Positions 9,077 through 18,756 of a DNA stretch of 64,000 bases are shown here, one piece after another. How positions within the stretch are numbered: the stretch's first letter is position 1; the number at the start of each line of letters is the position of its first letter. Made by a program: the position numbers and the translations under genes. The notes under the pieces were generated by a model. The model did not search any database and was not told the DNA's origin. It was given only the letters and a program-made list of their open reading frames with translations. The stretch comes from Candidatus Latescibacterota bacterium (lineage in GTDB: Bacteria; Latescibacterota; UBA2968; UBA8231): contig CBDCDC010000002.1 of the NCBI GenBank assembly GCA_965215195.1, forward strand, positions 4,448,001-4,512,000, written 5' to 3'.

Positions 9077-10078
9077 TCAGAAACTTAAAGGACGAAATTG
9101 CAACTCCGTCCCATCCTCCGCCTCCACCGTCGCCCGCAGCAGGCGAGGGCGCACCACCGAGGCCGACCGCGGCACCCCGTTTACCCACACTCGGGGCGAA
9201 TTGCACCAAGCCGCCGGCACCTCCACTTCAAAGGTCAACTCCCGGCGCTCAACCCGGATAGGCAACGCCTCATAGCGGATCCGGTATCGTCGTTCGCGAG
9301 CCGTTTCGGCCACGGTTTCGACCACGGCGTGCCGTCGGCACAAGTGATAGGAAACGACCTCTTCGGGCACGGCGCACCAGACTTGGTCCCCGCCCTCTTC
9401 GACGATCGTCTGCAAACGCCGGCGCAATTGCGCTTCCGAGCAGTCTTTGCTGGGGTGAACGGCCTGTTCCAACGGGCAGTGGCAGTAGTCGATAATCCAA
9501 CCCCTCGCTTCTTGGGCCAGCAGAATATGGCGGAACGGGTCGTAAGCACTGTAAAAGGGTGCCTCATAGCGCTCGTGCAACGGCGTGCGATTGAGGTAGT
9601 ACAATTCATCGCGCACCGCGTTCACCCCATCCGTTATGCTCATGGCGCCCAAGTAACCAAGTTGGCGACAGGCGTCCAGCACATAGTCGGACATATTTTC
9701 ATTGCCGTTGGGGGCGCAGTACAGCAGCACCGGAGCACCGATAGCCTGTTCTATAACATCGCGCGACAGGCGGATTTCCCGATCGACCATATCGGGCCTG
9801 ATAAAGTGGTGACTCCAGCCGTGGCTACCCACGCCCCAGCCGCGGGCGAGCAAATCCTTGAGCTCCTCGCCATTCATGTGCCGGTAGCCGTTGAAGCTCG
9901 AAGTGCCGATATTGCGGATTTCGCCGATCTGCTGGGCCACGGCCTCTACGTGTCCGGGAATGCCGAATTCTTCGTGATGGGGAATGGCAAAGCGGTGTAG
10001 ATCGGCCAGCGCCTCGTCGTAGGTAATCGAATAGACCCAATTCTTGCCGTATTTCCAGTCGCAGATGCGCAGGGCCAT
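9077..10078 (-). CDS. Polysaccharide deacetylase family protein, paralog B
   Basis: SITYDEA and GSHGWSH; colinear with 7868-8863 over its full length. Confidence 0.8.
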   Translation of the reverse strand: MALRICDWKYGKNWVYSITYDEALADLHRFAIPHHEEFGIPGHVEAVAQQIGEIRNIGTSSFNGYRHMNGEELKDLLARGWGVGSHGWSHHFIRPDMVDREIRLSRDVIEQAIGAPVLLYCAPNGNENMSDYVLDACRQLGYLGAMSITDGVNAVRDELYYLNRTPLHERYEAPFYSAYDPFRHILLAQEARGWIIDYCHCPLEQAVHPSKDCSEAQLRRRLQTIVEEGGDQVWCAVPEEVVSYHLCRRHAVVETVAETARERRYRIRYEALPIRVERRELTFEVEVPAAWCNSPRVWVNGVPRSASVVRPRLLRATVEAEDGTELQFRPLSF

Positions 10079-10106
10079 AGTTCCGTCGTCTTTGTTCGGC
10101 TAGGCT

Positions 10107-10892
10107 TTATTTATCTAGCGCTGCAACGGCGGTCTGGAAATCCGCCCAAGTGGTGGAATAACCTACGGCTATTTCAAAGCGGTGAATGCCATAACGCGTG
10201 GCCAGACGCTCGGGAAAGGTATCGGGCGTTTCCACGCCTACCGTGCCGTCGCGCATGAGGATACAGCGGTAGCCCGCCCGCAGCATGGGGCGGCCCCCTC
10301 CCTCTGAGTTGAGAATGCACATATCCGCGGCAAAGCCCGTATAGATGAGGGTCTCGACGCCGCGCTCTTGCAGGTATGCGTCGAGCTGGTCGGTGTAAAA
10401 GACGAGGGGCTCGTCCCCCAGCGGCTCGACGATTTTGGCCCTTTTCATACGCGCAGCGGGCGATTTGGCCAGATCGACGCCGGTTGATCTTTTTTCGATG
10501 GTTTGGAATTCGCCGGAGCGGGCGATGGCCCAGCGGTCCGACGGGTGCTGGTTTTCCCGGGTGCGGCGAGAAGGCACTTGGGGGTAGTGCTTGTCAAAAT
10601 CCTCGGGCTCGACGTGGCACACCGGCATACCAAGCCGCCGGGCGATATCCATGGCCGGCCGGATCACTTCTTTCATAACGCGCCAAGATTCTTCGATGGC
10701 CTGAGGCCAGCCCATGCCGGTGACGTAGTTGACGTCGATCTCAGGGCCATCGGGCAGCCCCACATTCCAGCAGTGCAAACCAATGAGCGCCGTGCGTTCC
10801 ACTGGCAACTCGAAGACGTCCTCTGCGTAGCCGGCTTTGTCTATGGGCAGGGCGCGGTAATGGCGAGTCTTGAGTTTAAGCGTCTTACTCAT
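10107..10892 (-). CDS. Isochorismatase-like cysteine hydrolase family protein
   Basis: ERTALI, GVETLIYTGFAADMC and GYRCILMRDGT. Confidence 0.8.
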   Translation of the reverse strand: MSKTLKLKTRHYRALPIDKAGYAEDVFELPVERTALIGLHCWNVGLPDGPEIDVNYVTGMGWPQAIEESWRVMKEVIRPAMDIARRLGMPVCHVEPEDFDKHYPQVPSRRTRENQHPSDRWAIARSGEFQTIEKRSTGVDLAKSPAARMKRAKIVEPLGDEPLVFYTDQLDAYLQERGVETLIYTGFAADMCILNSEGGGRPMLRAGYRCILMRDGTVGVETPDTFPERLATRYGIHRFEIAVGYSTTWADFQTAVAALDK

Positions 10893-10897
10893 CGGAC

Positions 10898-12157
10898 CTA
10901 CCCCTCCCGATTTCGGTCCGCCACTTCTTCGACGATGGCCGCGATCCTCTCTACGTGTTCATCTTCCCATTTTTCGCTAATTGAGCAGGTGCGGATCCAG
11001 TTTTCGAGAAAAGCCCAAGCCGTGGGGCAAGTAGCGGAACTGTAGTGATGCACACGCGAGGCCGGCGGCCGCGAAAACGGGTACTTGTTGGCGTCCACGT
11101 ATTCCTGGAGAAAGGTGAGGGCGGCGGGCATCAGGTAATACTTGCCCTGGCCCGCTCCATTTATTCCAGCTTCTAGTACTTGGGTGGCAAACTCCTCGCC
11201 CGTGCATTTGAAGGCCTCTGGGTCGATGCTAAAGCTGGACATCCAAGCGGAATACTTGGTGACGTAGTCGGGAATGGGCAATGGCGTAATGCCGGCAATA
11301 GAGGAGAGCTTCTCCGTGATCAGACGCGCCGTGCGATCGATCTTGTCGACCTGAGCGCGGATGGTCTCCAGTTGACCGAGGCACAGCGCCGCGGTCATGC
11401 GGCTCATATCGTAGGCGTGCCCAAAGGCCGTGTGGGTGCGGCCGAAGTGGGGCACATCCACCCCGGCGCGGCCCGAGCTGAGGAAGCGCACTTTTTCCGC
11501 TAGTTCGTCATCGTCAGTAGCGATGCAACCCCCTTTATCCGAGCTGAAGGTTTTCTCCGAATCGAGAGAGAAGGCCGAGGCCGTCCCGAGGGTGCCGACG
11601 GTGCGCCCCTTGTATTCGCTGAATATGGCCTGACAGACGTCCTCGTACACGATCAGCCCGTGTTTGGCGGCCAATTCGTTGATCGGGTCCATATCGTTGG
11701 GCAGGCCACATTTATGCACCGCCAAAATTGCCCGCGTGCGGTCGGTGATGCAGGGCTCTATGGTCGCGGCACTGAAATTGACCGTGCCCGGTGCCGTATC
11801 GGCAAAAACGGGAATATAGTTGTGCATGAGTACGCCATAGACGGTGCCGTAATCGGTGAGCGGGCTGATGATGACCTCGTCGCCGGGATCGAAGTCAAAG
11901 GCCAGTGCCAGAGCGGCCATGGCCGTGGTGCAGGTGGGGGTGGCGATGCAGTGCTTGACGCCTAGTTCGGCGGCGAACGCCTGCTCAAACTCGCCCACTG
12001 AATCGCAGCGTAGCCCCGAATCCAATACCTCCTGTACGTACTTCAGACTATTGGGCCCTATGGTGCGGGGAAAGAGAGGAGGCACGATGCCTTCGCTGCT
12101 GTGGGCGTCGGCCCCGCGCTTGGTGGGCTTGTGAGCCGGTGCTAATTGCTGGGACAT
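10898..12157 (-). CDS. DegT/DnrJ/EryC1/StrS family PLP aminotransferase
   Basis: FEQAFA, PGDEVI, ITDRTRAILAVH, YEDVCQA; Schiff-base lysine in FSLDSEKT. Confidence 0.92.
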   Translation of the reverse strand: MSQQLAPAHKPTKRGADAHSSEGIVPPLFPRTIGPNSLKYVQEVLDSGLRCDSVGEFEQAFAAELGVKHCIATPTCTTAMAALALAFDFDPGDEVIISPLTDYGTVYGVLMHNYIPVFADTAPGTVNFSAATIEPCITDRTRAILAVHKCGLPNDMDPINELAAKHGLIVYEDVCQAIFSEYKGRTVGTLGTASAFSLDSEKTFSSDKGGCIATDDDELAEKVRFLSSGRAGVDVPHFGRTHTAFGHAYDMSRMTAALCLGQLETIRAQVDKIDRTARLITEKLSSIAGITPLPIPDYVTKYSAWMSSFSIDPEAFKCTGEEFATQVLEAGINGAGQGKYYLMPAALTFLQEYVDANKYPFSRPPASRVHHYSSATCPTAWAFLENWIRTCSISEKWEDEHVERIAAIVEEVADRNREG

Positions 12158-12254
12158 TAGACTCTCCTATGATCGATTTGAAGCGCCGCATTTTTTCGGT
12201 CGTTGCGACCCAACCTATCCCTTTCGTCTATCGGGTGTCAAGTGCGGCTCAGCT

Positions 12255-13028
12255 CTATGGCCGTTCGCGCTCAGCTTGCTTTAGATGTTGAAAATCCCGC
12301 AATAACCGCTGACCTTCTTCCCGACGCCCCTGTTTGAGATAAAGCTGAGCTAGACGGTAGTGGGTGGAAATGTGGCGGGGGTCTCTTTTGAGTGCTTGCT
12401 GGTAGAGATGGGCAGCCTCTGTTTGCTCTCCCTGCTTCTCCAAGACAGCCCCTAGACGGCAATAGGGGTCGGCAAACTCGGAATTCACCTGAATGGCCTG
12501 CTGGAAATAGCTTCTGGCAGCTTCCAATTCGTTTTCTCGCTCACTGACCAGCCCTAGATCGTAGTAGATCTTGGCCCGTTTTACTCCCAACTCAAGAGCG
12601 CGTCCATAGGCCCTCTTGGCTTGGGCATAATCGCAAAGATCCATGTAGGTTTTTCCGAGATGCATGAGGAAAACCCCATTCTCGGGTGCTTGGGCGATGG
12701 CCTTTTTGTAGTACGGAATGGCTTTCCCCGATCTTCGCTGCAGCGTATAGGCCAAACCGATCTGGTCCAAGGCCCGGGCAAAATCTGGCTTCAGACGTAC
12801 TGCTTGGCTGAATTCTCGGACCGCTTCTTCATACTGACCATTCTGCAGGTAGCGACGACCGCGACGATAGTAAACCTCGGCGGCAATCTGCTCCTCTGGT
12901 TCGATCTTTAAGGGTTTTTGCACGTTGTGTAACTGTTGTTCTTTTTGCCCGCAGCCGATCCATCCCCAACTGCCTATAAAAAGAGCTAGGAGCATCGATA
13001 CTCTTAGAAGTGAAGTGCCCCTCGGCAT
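12255..13028 (-). CDS. Tetratricopeptide repeat protein, probable lipoprotein
   Basis: N-terminal hydrophobic stretch with IGC lipobox-like motif, then about six TPR repeats. Confidence 0.85.
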   Translation of the reverse strand: MPRGTSLLRVSMLLALFIGSWGWIGCGQKEQQLHNVQKPLKIEPEEQIAAEVYYRRGRRYLQNGQYEEAVREFSQAVRLKPDFARALDQIGLAYTLQRRSGKAIPYYKKAIAQAPENGVFLMHLGKTYMDLCDYAQAKRAYGRALELGVKRAKIYYDLGLVSERENELEAARSYFQQAIQVNSEFADPYCRLGAVLEKQGEQTEAAHLYQQALKRDPRHISTHYRLAQLYLKQGRREEGQRLLRDFQHLKQAERERP

Positions 13029-13269
13029 GAGTTGTTACGCCCTCCCAAGGGCCGATAGGTTTCGCTGCCCCCATTGTCGCCGTGCCAAGCACTGCGTCCC
13101 CCGCCTACCGGCTTGGTGTAGATCAACGCCCGCCGCTGACTCTTGTATTTATTGTCCCTTTTATCACAAGAGTCAATGCGCCTTGCCCAAAAAATTTTGC
13201 AAAGTACAATCCAATATGGTAGAAAGCCTAATCGCCGTTTCTCGCACGTAACCCCGCAGCAGCAAACCC

Positions 13270-13479
13270 GTGCATCCAGAACAACGCGAAAATACACTGA
13301 GCGAAACCGAGCGGCTGCAACTCGCCCGCCAAGCCTTTGCCGATTACTACGCCCGATGTTTCTGGTATTTGCGCCGGGACTTGGAAATAAGCGTCGGAGA
13401 TATACCCGAGATCGCGCGGGGCTTGCGCCTGCACGGAGGCCAGCAGGGATTTCTCTTGGCCGCTCGCCTATGCCCCTAA
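13270..13479 (+). CDS. Small putative antitoxin partner of the AbiEii-type nucleotidyltransferase
   Basis: 69 aa (YARCFWY...IARGLRLHG), overlapping the start of the downstream NTase gene. Confidence 0.65.
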   Translation: MHPEQRENTLSETERLQLARQAFADYYARCFWYLRRDLEISVGDIPEIARGLRLHGGQQGFLLAARLCP

Positions 13480-14261
13480 GCGCGTTTCAGCAATCCATCC
13501 TGCGTTTGTTAGCGCAAAATCGCAGCCCGGAGAGCTATGTAGCTGGTGCTACGGTCCTGCACCAGATTCCCGATAGTCCACGCTTTTCCGATGACCTAGA
13601 TGTGTTCCACGACGTGGAAGACAGCGTCGCACGGAGTGCCGAGTTCGACGTTGCTATACTGGACGCGAATGGCTTTGCGATCGAATGGCTTTTGCGGCAG
13701 CCAGCCTATCTCAGGGCAATCGCGGCGAAGGAAGGACAGTCCCTCAGATTGGAGTGGGCGCAAGATTCCGCCTTCCGCTTCTTTCCGGTTGAACGAGACG
13801 AACTATGCGGTTACCGCCTGCACCGGGCCGACGCAGCGACCAACAAAGTGTTAGCTTTGGCCGGACGCCGAGAGGCGCGCGATTTCATCGACGTTCTGCA
13901 CTTGGACAGCAGCTATCTCTCGTTGGGGGTGCTATGTTGGGCGGCCTGTGGGAAAGATCAGGGATATACGCCGGATTTCTTGCTCGACCAGTTAAATCGC
14001 AATGCGGCTTTTACCCAAGAGGAAATCCAGCCGCTAGACTTGGCGGTCCCCCAGCCGCTACCGGCTCTGAAGCGGCAATGGTGCTCGGCTGTGGAGCGGG
14101 CCGGTAGATTGCTAGCCGCGTTGCCTGCGGGGGAAGTGGGTTGCCTCTATCTCGACAGACAGCAGTCCGTTCCTGTGCAACCCGACCCGACACACGAGGC
14201 ATTTGCCTCGTTGCAACGGCATTTTGGGTCTGTGCGTGGAGCTTGGCCTAAAGCCTATTGA
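13470..14261 (+). CDS. AbiEii/AbiGii-family nucleotidyltransferase toxin (type IV TA)
   Basis: YVAGATVL, RFSDDLDVF and NKVLALAGRREARDFID motifs. Confidence 0.85.
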   Translation: MPLSAFQQSILRLLAQNRSPESYVAGATVLHQIPDSPRFSDDLDVFHDVEDSVARSAEFDVAILDANGFAIEWLLRQPAYLRAIAAKEGQSLRLEWAQDSAFRFFPVERDELCGYRLHRADAATNKVLALAGRREARDFIDVLHLDSSYLSLGVLCWAACGKDQGYTPDFLLDQLNRNAAFTQEEIQPLDLAVPQPLPALKRQWCSAVERAGRLLAALPAGEVGCLYLDRQQSVPVQPDPTHEAFASLQRHFGSVRGAWPKAY

Positions 14262-14321
14262 TTGCTCAACTATGAGTGCGCGAAGTCCGGCCGAAAGTAT
14301 GCTACATAAGGTCACAAAAGA

Positions 14322-14358
14322 GAAAGCCCCCGACGCCATACCAGCGTCGGGGGCTTTC
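14322..14358 (-). terminator. Rho-independent terminator downstream of the cox-like operon
   Basis: 15-bp perfect stem GAAAGCCCCCGACGC/GCGTCGGGGGCTTTC followed by TCTTTT on the minus strand; lies between convergent genes. Confidence 0.75.
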
Positions 14359-14434
14359 CCGTTAGATGCGACGGCACTCAGGCGATGGCCCTCATGGAGC
14401 CAACCGCCGCTAACGCGATAAGTTGGCTTTCCCG

Positions 14435-15250
14435 TTAGGCGATGGCCGCAAGTGCCTTGCGGGCGAAAACCTTGGCCAAGTGGCGGCGGTACTCTTCGCC
14501 AGCAAAGTGGTCGGCGAGCACCTCCTGTCCGTCGGCCGCCCGGGCGGCCGCAGCCGCGAGTGCTTCCTCGCTCCAGTCGCCGCGGAGGGCCGCTTCAACC
14601 CCGCTATCGCGGAAGGCCGCATTAGCCACGCCCGTAAAGGCCACCTTGACCGCGCCTCCGGCCGCAGCCGCCGCGCAGCCCACGACGGCAAAGCGCGAGG
14701 CTGGATGCGGGAACTTGACATAAGCCGACTTTTCCGCGCCCGGGACCCGCACCTCGGTGATGAGCTCGTCCGGCGCGAGTGCGGTCAAAAACAGATCGAC
14801 GAAAAACTCGTCCGCGGGAATTGCGCGCTCGCCGTCGGGTCCCCTGACGACAATCGCGGCCCCCAACGCCAAGATCGCAGCCGGGTAGTCTGCGGCCGGA
14901 TCGGCGTGGGCCAGCGAGCCGCCAATGGTGCCCTTGTTGCGCACTTGCGGATCGCCGATGACCGAGGCGGCTTGGGCTAGGGCCGAGATGTTGGCACGGA
15001 CCAAACCCGAGGACTCGATCTGGTAGTGGGTGGTGGTCGCACCAATAGCAATGGCGTCGCCATCCTCTCTGATGTAGTTGAGCTCGGCGAGCCGACCAAT
15101 GTCGATCAGCGCACCCGGTGCCGACAGGCGCAGCTTCATGGCCGGCAACAGGCTGTGGCCGCCAGCCAAGAGCTTGGCGTCGTCCGAGAGGAGCTCAATC
15201 GCCTCATCTACTGAAGCGGGACGATGATAGTCAAACGCGACAGGTATCAT
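14435..15250 (-). CDS. coxM: Molybdenum hydroxylase FAD-binding (CoxM-like) subunit
   Basis: LAGGHSLLPAMKLR and QVRNKGTIGGSLAHADPAAD. Confidence 0.92.
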   Translation of the reverse strand: MIPVAFDYHRPASVDEAIELLSDDAKLLAGGHSLLPAMKLRLSAPGALIDIGRLAELNYIREDGDAIAIGATTTHYQIESSGLVRANISALAQAASVIGDPQVRNKGTIGGSLAHADPAADYPAAILALGAAIVVRGPDGERAIPADEFFVDLFLTALAPDELITEVRVPGAEKSAYVKFPHPASRFAVVGCAAAAAGGAVKVAFTGVANAAFRDSGVEAALRGDWSEEALAAAAARAADGQEVLADHFAGEEYRRHLAKVFARKALAAIA

Positions 15251-15264
15251 GGTCGGTCTTCTCC

Positions 15265-17637
15265 TTAGCTAACGTGCTGGATGGCCTGCCACACCTTCTG
15301 CGGCGTCAGCGGCATGGCAAGGTCGCGCACACCCAACGGCCACAGGGCGTCGAGCACGGCGTTGACAATGGCCGGCGGCGAGCCAATCGTGCCGGTCTCG
15401 CCAGCGCCCTTGACGCCGAGGGGATTGTGCGGGCAGGGCGTGACAGTGTGGTCGGTTTCAAAGGAAGGCAGGTCGTCGGCGCGCGGCAGGACGTAGTCCA
15501 TATAGGAGCCAGAAATGAGCTGGCCGCTGTCGTCGTACACGGCCTCCTCAAACAGGGCTTGGCCAATGCCGTGCGTAATGCCGCCGGCGACTTGGCCTTC
15601 GACGATCATGGGATTGACGATATTGCCCACGTCGTCAACGGCCACGTAGCGCCGCACCGCAACCACGCCGGTCTCGGCATCCACCTCCACGACCGCTAGG
15701 TGGGCACCGAAGGGAAAAGTAAAATTGGCCGGGTCGTAGAAGCTGGTAAACTCCAGCCCCGGCTCCAGCCCCTCGGGAAAATTGTGCGGCACGTACGCGG
15801 CCAGCGCGACCTCCGCAAAGGAAATCGACTGATCGGTGCCCTTAACCGCCCAACGGCCCGCGGCGAATTCGAGGTCCTCTTCGGCCGCTTCGAGCAGGTG
15901 GGCGGCGATCTTGGCCCCCTTCTCCTTGATCTTGTCCATGCTCTTGACGATGGCCGTGCCGCCGACGGCCAGCGAGCGCGACCCATAGGTGCCCATGCCA
16001 AAGGGCACGGACTCGGTGTCGCCGTGAATGATGTCCACGTCTTCGAGTGCCACGCCCAACCCGTCGGCCACCACTTGGGCAAAGGTCGTCTCGTGGCCCT
16101 GCCCGTGCGAGTGGCTGCCGGTGAAGACGGTGACCTTGCCGGTGGGCTGGACGCGGACGCCCGCGCTCTCAAAGAGGCCGGCGCGCGCCCCCAACGCGCC
16201 GACCACGGCCGAGGGCGCAATGCCGCAGGCTTCGATATAAGTCGACAAGCCAATGCCTAAATAGCGGCCATTGCCGGCGGCGCGGGCCTTGGCCTGCTCT
16301 TGGCGCAGTTCGTCGTACCCGATGGCCGCGAGGGCCTTGTCGAGCGCGGCCTCGTAGTTGCCGCTGTCGTATTGCAGGGCCACTTGGGTCTGATAGCCTT
16401 CCTGCTCGACGCCGTCAAAGGGCGGGATGAAGTTTTTGCGCCGCAGTTGGGCCGGGTCGCGGCCCGTCTCCAAGGCGGCTTGCTCAACTGTGCGCTCGAG
16501 AACGTACGTGGCCTCGGGGCGGCCTGCGCCGCGCAGGGCATCAACCGGGGTGGTGTTGGTGAAGACGCCGGTTACATCGACGTGAACCGCCGGGGTCGTG
16601 TACAGCCCCTGCAAGAGCGTGCCGTAGAGATACGTGGGTACGCAGGGCGCAAAGGTCGATAGGTACGCGCCTAAGTTGGCGACGGTTTTGACCTGCAGGC
16701 CCACGAAGTGGCCGTCGGCGTCGAGCCCGAGATCGACCTTGGTGTGGTGATCGCGGCCGTGGGCGTCGGTGAGAAATGCTTCGCTGCGGCTGGCAGTCCA
16801 CTTGACCGGGCGGCCAATCTGGCGCGAGCACCACGTGACGAGAACCTCTTCGGCGTAGTGAAAAATTTTAGAACCAAAGCCGCCGCCGACATCCGGCGAC
16901 ACCACGCGCACCTTGTGCTCGGGCAGGTTTAGGACAAACGCCGTCAGCAGCAGGCGGATGACGTGGGGGTTCTGCGACGAGGTGTAGAGCGTGTAGTGGT
17001 CGCGTGCGCCGTCGTAATCGCCAATGGCGCAGCGCGGCTCAATTGCGTTGGGAATGAGCCGCTGATTGTCAAACTCCAAGGTGGTGACGTGCGCGGCACT
17101 GGCCAAGGCCGCGTCCGTGGCCGCTTGATCGCCGAGCTCCCAATCGAAAGGCGTGTTGTTGGGCACGTCGTCGAACAACTGGGGCGCACCCTCTTCTATT
17201 GCTTGGGTTGCCGCGACGACTGCGTCCAAGACTTCGTACTCTACGTCCACCAACTCGGCCGCATCCGCGGCTTGCTCGCGGCTTTCGGCCAAGACGATGG
17301 CGACCGGGTCGCCGACGTGGCGCACCTTAGACGCGGCCAGCACCGGATGGGCTGGCTCCTTCATGGTGTCGCCGTTTTTGAAATCCACCTGCCAGCCGCA
17401 GGGCAGGCCGCTGACGCCAGCCGCTTCGAGGTCGGCCCCGGTAAAGACGGCGACCACGCCAGCCGCGGCAGCCGCGGCCGTTGTATCGACGCCCTTGAGC
17501 GCGGCGTGGGCATGCGGGCTGCGCACGATGGCCGCAAAGGTCGAGTTGGGCAGGGCAATGTCATCGGTGTAGCGGCCCTTGCCGGTGATAAAGCGCTGAT
17601 CTTCGACGCGCTTGACGGATTGTCCTATGAGTCCCAT
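15265..17637 (-). CDS. coxL: Molybdenum hydroxylase large subunit, form II CoxL-like
   Basis: [22 protein letters not shown] and GVKGAGE. Active-site loop is ALRGAGR (form II-like), not AYxCSFR. Confidence 0.9.
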   Translation of the reverse strand: MGLIGQSVKRVEDQRFITGKGRYTDDIALPNSTFAAIVRSPHAHAALKGVDTTAAAAAAGVVAVFTGADLEAAGVSGLPCGWQVDFKNGDTMKEPAHPVLAASKVRHVGDPVAIVLAESREQAADAAELVDVEYEVLDAVVAATQAIEEGAPQLFDDVPNNTPFDWELGDQAATDAALASAAHVTTLEFDNQRLIPNAIEPRCAIGDYDGARDHYTLYTSSQNPHVIRLLLTAFVLNLPEHKVRVVSPDVGGGFGSKIFHYAEEVLVTWCSRQIGRPVKWTASRSEAFLTDAHGRDHHTKVDLGLDADGHFVGLQVKTVANLGAYLSTFAPCVPTYLYGTLLQGLYTTPAVHVDVTGVFTNTTPVDALRGAGRPEATYVLERTVEQAALETGRDPAQLRRKNFIPPFDGVEQEGYQTQVALQYDSGNYEAALDKALAAIGYDELRQEQAKARAAGNGRYLGIGLSTYIEACGIAPSAVVGALGARAGLFESAGVRVQPTGKVTVFTGSHSHGQGHETTFAQVVADGLGVALEDVDIIHGDTESVPFGMGTYGSRSLAVGGTAIVKSMDKIKEKGAKIAAHLLEAAEEDLEFAAGRWAVKGTDQSISFAEVALAAYVPHNFPEGLEPGLEFTSFYDPANFTFPFGAHLAVVEVDAETGVVAVRRYVAVDDVGNIVNPMIVEGQVAGGITHGIGQALFEEAVYDDSGQLISGSYMDYVLPRADDLPSFETDHTVTPCPHNPLGVKGAGETGTIGSPPAIVNAVLDALWPLGVRDLAMPLTPQKVWQAIQHVS

Positions 17638-17646
17638 AGCAGCCTC

Positions 17647-18111
17647 CTATGCGCTCTCGGCGGCGCGTTGGACCGCCTTGATGATGTTGTCGTAGCCCGT
17701 GCAGCGGCAGAAGTTGCCTTCGAGCGCGTGGCGGATCTCCGCGTCGCTGGGCATTGCATTGCGCTCTAGCAACTGCCAAGCGGCCATAATCATGCCGGGC
17801 GTGCAAAAGCCGCACTGCAAGCCGTGGGTCTCGCGGAAGGCTTCCTGTAACGGATGCAGCGTGCCGTTGGCTGCAAGCCCTTCGATGGTCGTTATCTCCG
17901 CGCCATCGGCTTGCGCCGCGAGCATGGTGCAGACCTTGACGGCTTGGCCATCGACGACAGCGGTACAGGCACCGCAGTTGCTGGTGTCGCAGCCGACGTG
18001 CGTGCCCGTCAGGCCCAACTCATCGCGCAGATAGCTGACGAGCATCTGGCGCGGCTCCACCTCGTGCTCGTGGGTCTGGCCATTGACCGTGACCTTGATT
18101 GCTACTGCCAT
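17647..18111 (-). CDS. coxS: Molybdenum hydroxylase [2Fe-2S] (CoxS-like) subunit
   Basis: [19 protein letters not shown] and CRCTGY. Confidence 0.93.
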   Translation of the reverse strand: MAVAIKVTVNGQTHEHEVEPRQMLVSYLRDELGLTGTHVGCDTSNCGACTAVVDGQAVKVCTMLAAQADGAEITTIEGLAANGTLHPLQEAFRETHGLQCGFCTPGMIMAAWQLLERNAMPSDAEIRHALEGNFCRCTGYDNIIKAVQRAAESA

Positions 18112-18129
18112 AGTCGCCTCCTTGAATAA

Positions 18130-18178
18130 AATTGCGAATTGCGAGTTGCGAATTGCGAGTTGCGAGTTGCGAGTTGCG
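18130..18178. repeat. Heptamer tandem repeat (A[A/G]TTGCG)x7
   Basis: aattgcg aattgcg agttgcg aattgcg agttgcg agttgcg agttgcg in the coxG-coxS spacer. Confidence 0.92.
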
Positions 18179-18202
18179 AATTGGGGCTGGGGCCGGAAAT
18201 TC

Positions 18203-18649
18203 CTAACTCCCAATTGATATTTCGCGTTCCAGCGCCCTGAAAAACTGGTTGGTAAACATCCGCGCCACGCCCGACAGCAGACGCTGGCCCATGCTCGCCA
18301 ATCGGCCCGTCAACTGGGAGCTGCCCTCGACTTCCACCGTAGTCGTCTCGTGATCTTTGTCAGTGAGCTGGACGTGGCCCTCGGCCCTGATCTGGCCGAT
18401 CTTGCCATCGACGTCGATGAGCAGGCGATAGCTTTCCGGCTCCTTGCTATCTACTACTTGCAGCGCGCCGTTGAACGTGCTGTTGATCGGCCCCATTTTG
18501 ATGTGCAGCACGGCTTGGTACTGGCCGGGGCCGGTCTGCTCCAAGGTATCGACGCCTGGAGTAATGCGCGCCAAGACCTCGGGGTCGTTGAGCAAGTCCC
18601 ACAGGATTTGCCGCGGGGCGCGAAAAGTATGAGAGTCTGTAAGCTGCAT
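18203..18649 (-). CDS. coxG: CoxG (SRPBCC) accessory protein
   Basis: [17 protein letters not shown] and [11 protein letters not shown]; located in the cox operon. Confidence 0.88.
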   Translation of the reverse strand: MQLTDSHTFRAPRQILWDLLNDPEVLARITPGVDTLEQTGPGQYQAVLHIKMGPINSTFNGALQVVDSKEPESYRLLIDVDGKIGQIRAEGHVQLTDKDHETTTVEVEGSSQLTGRLASMGQRLLSGVARMFTNQFFRALEREISIGS

Positions 18650-18756
18650 GGGCCGATGCTGTGGTTGAGGGCCAGAAGCGGATGTGCGATGGATATTAAA
18701 AAATTTTGCCTGTCCTTGTCAATTAAACAGCCAACGCGACGGAGCGACGGATTGGA

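Noticed and set aside
15265-17637. True aerobic CO dehydrogenase (carboxydovory)
   Set aside because: It lacks the form I AYxCSFR motif, the M-S-L order and coxDEF.
18130-18184. CRISPR array
   Set aside because: These are 7-bp tandem units with no spacers, and there are no cas genes in the window.
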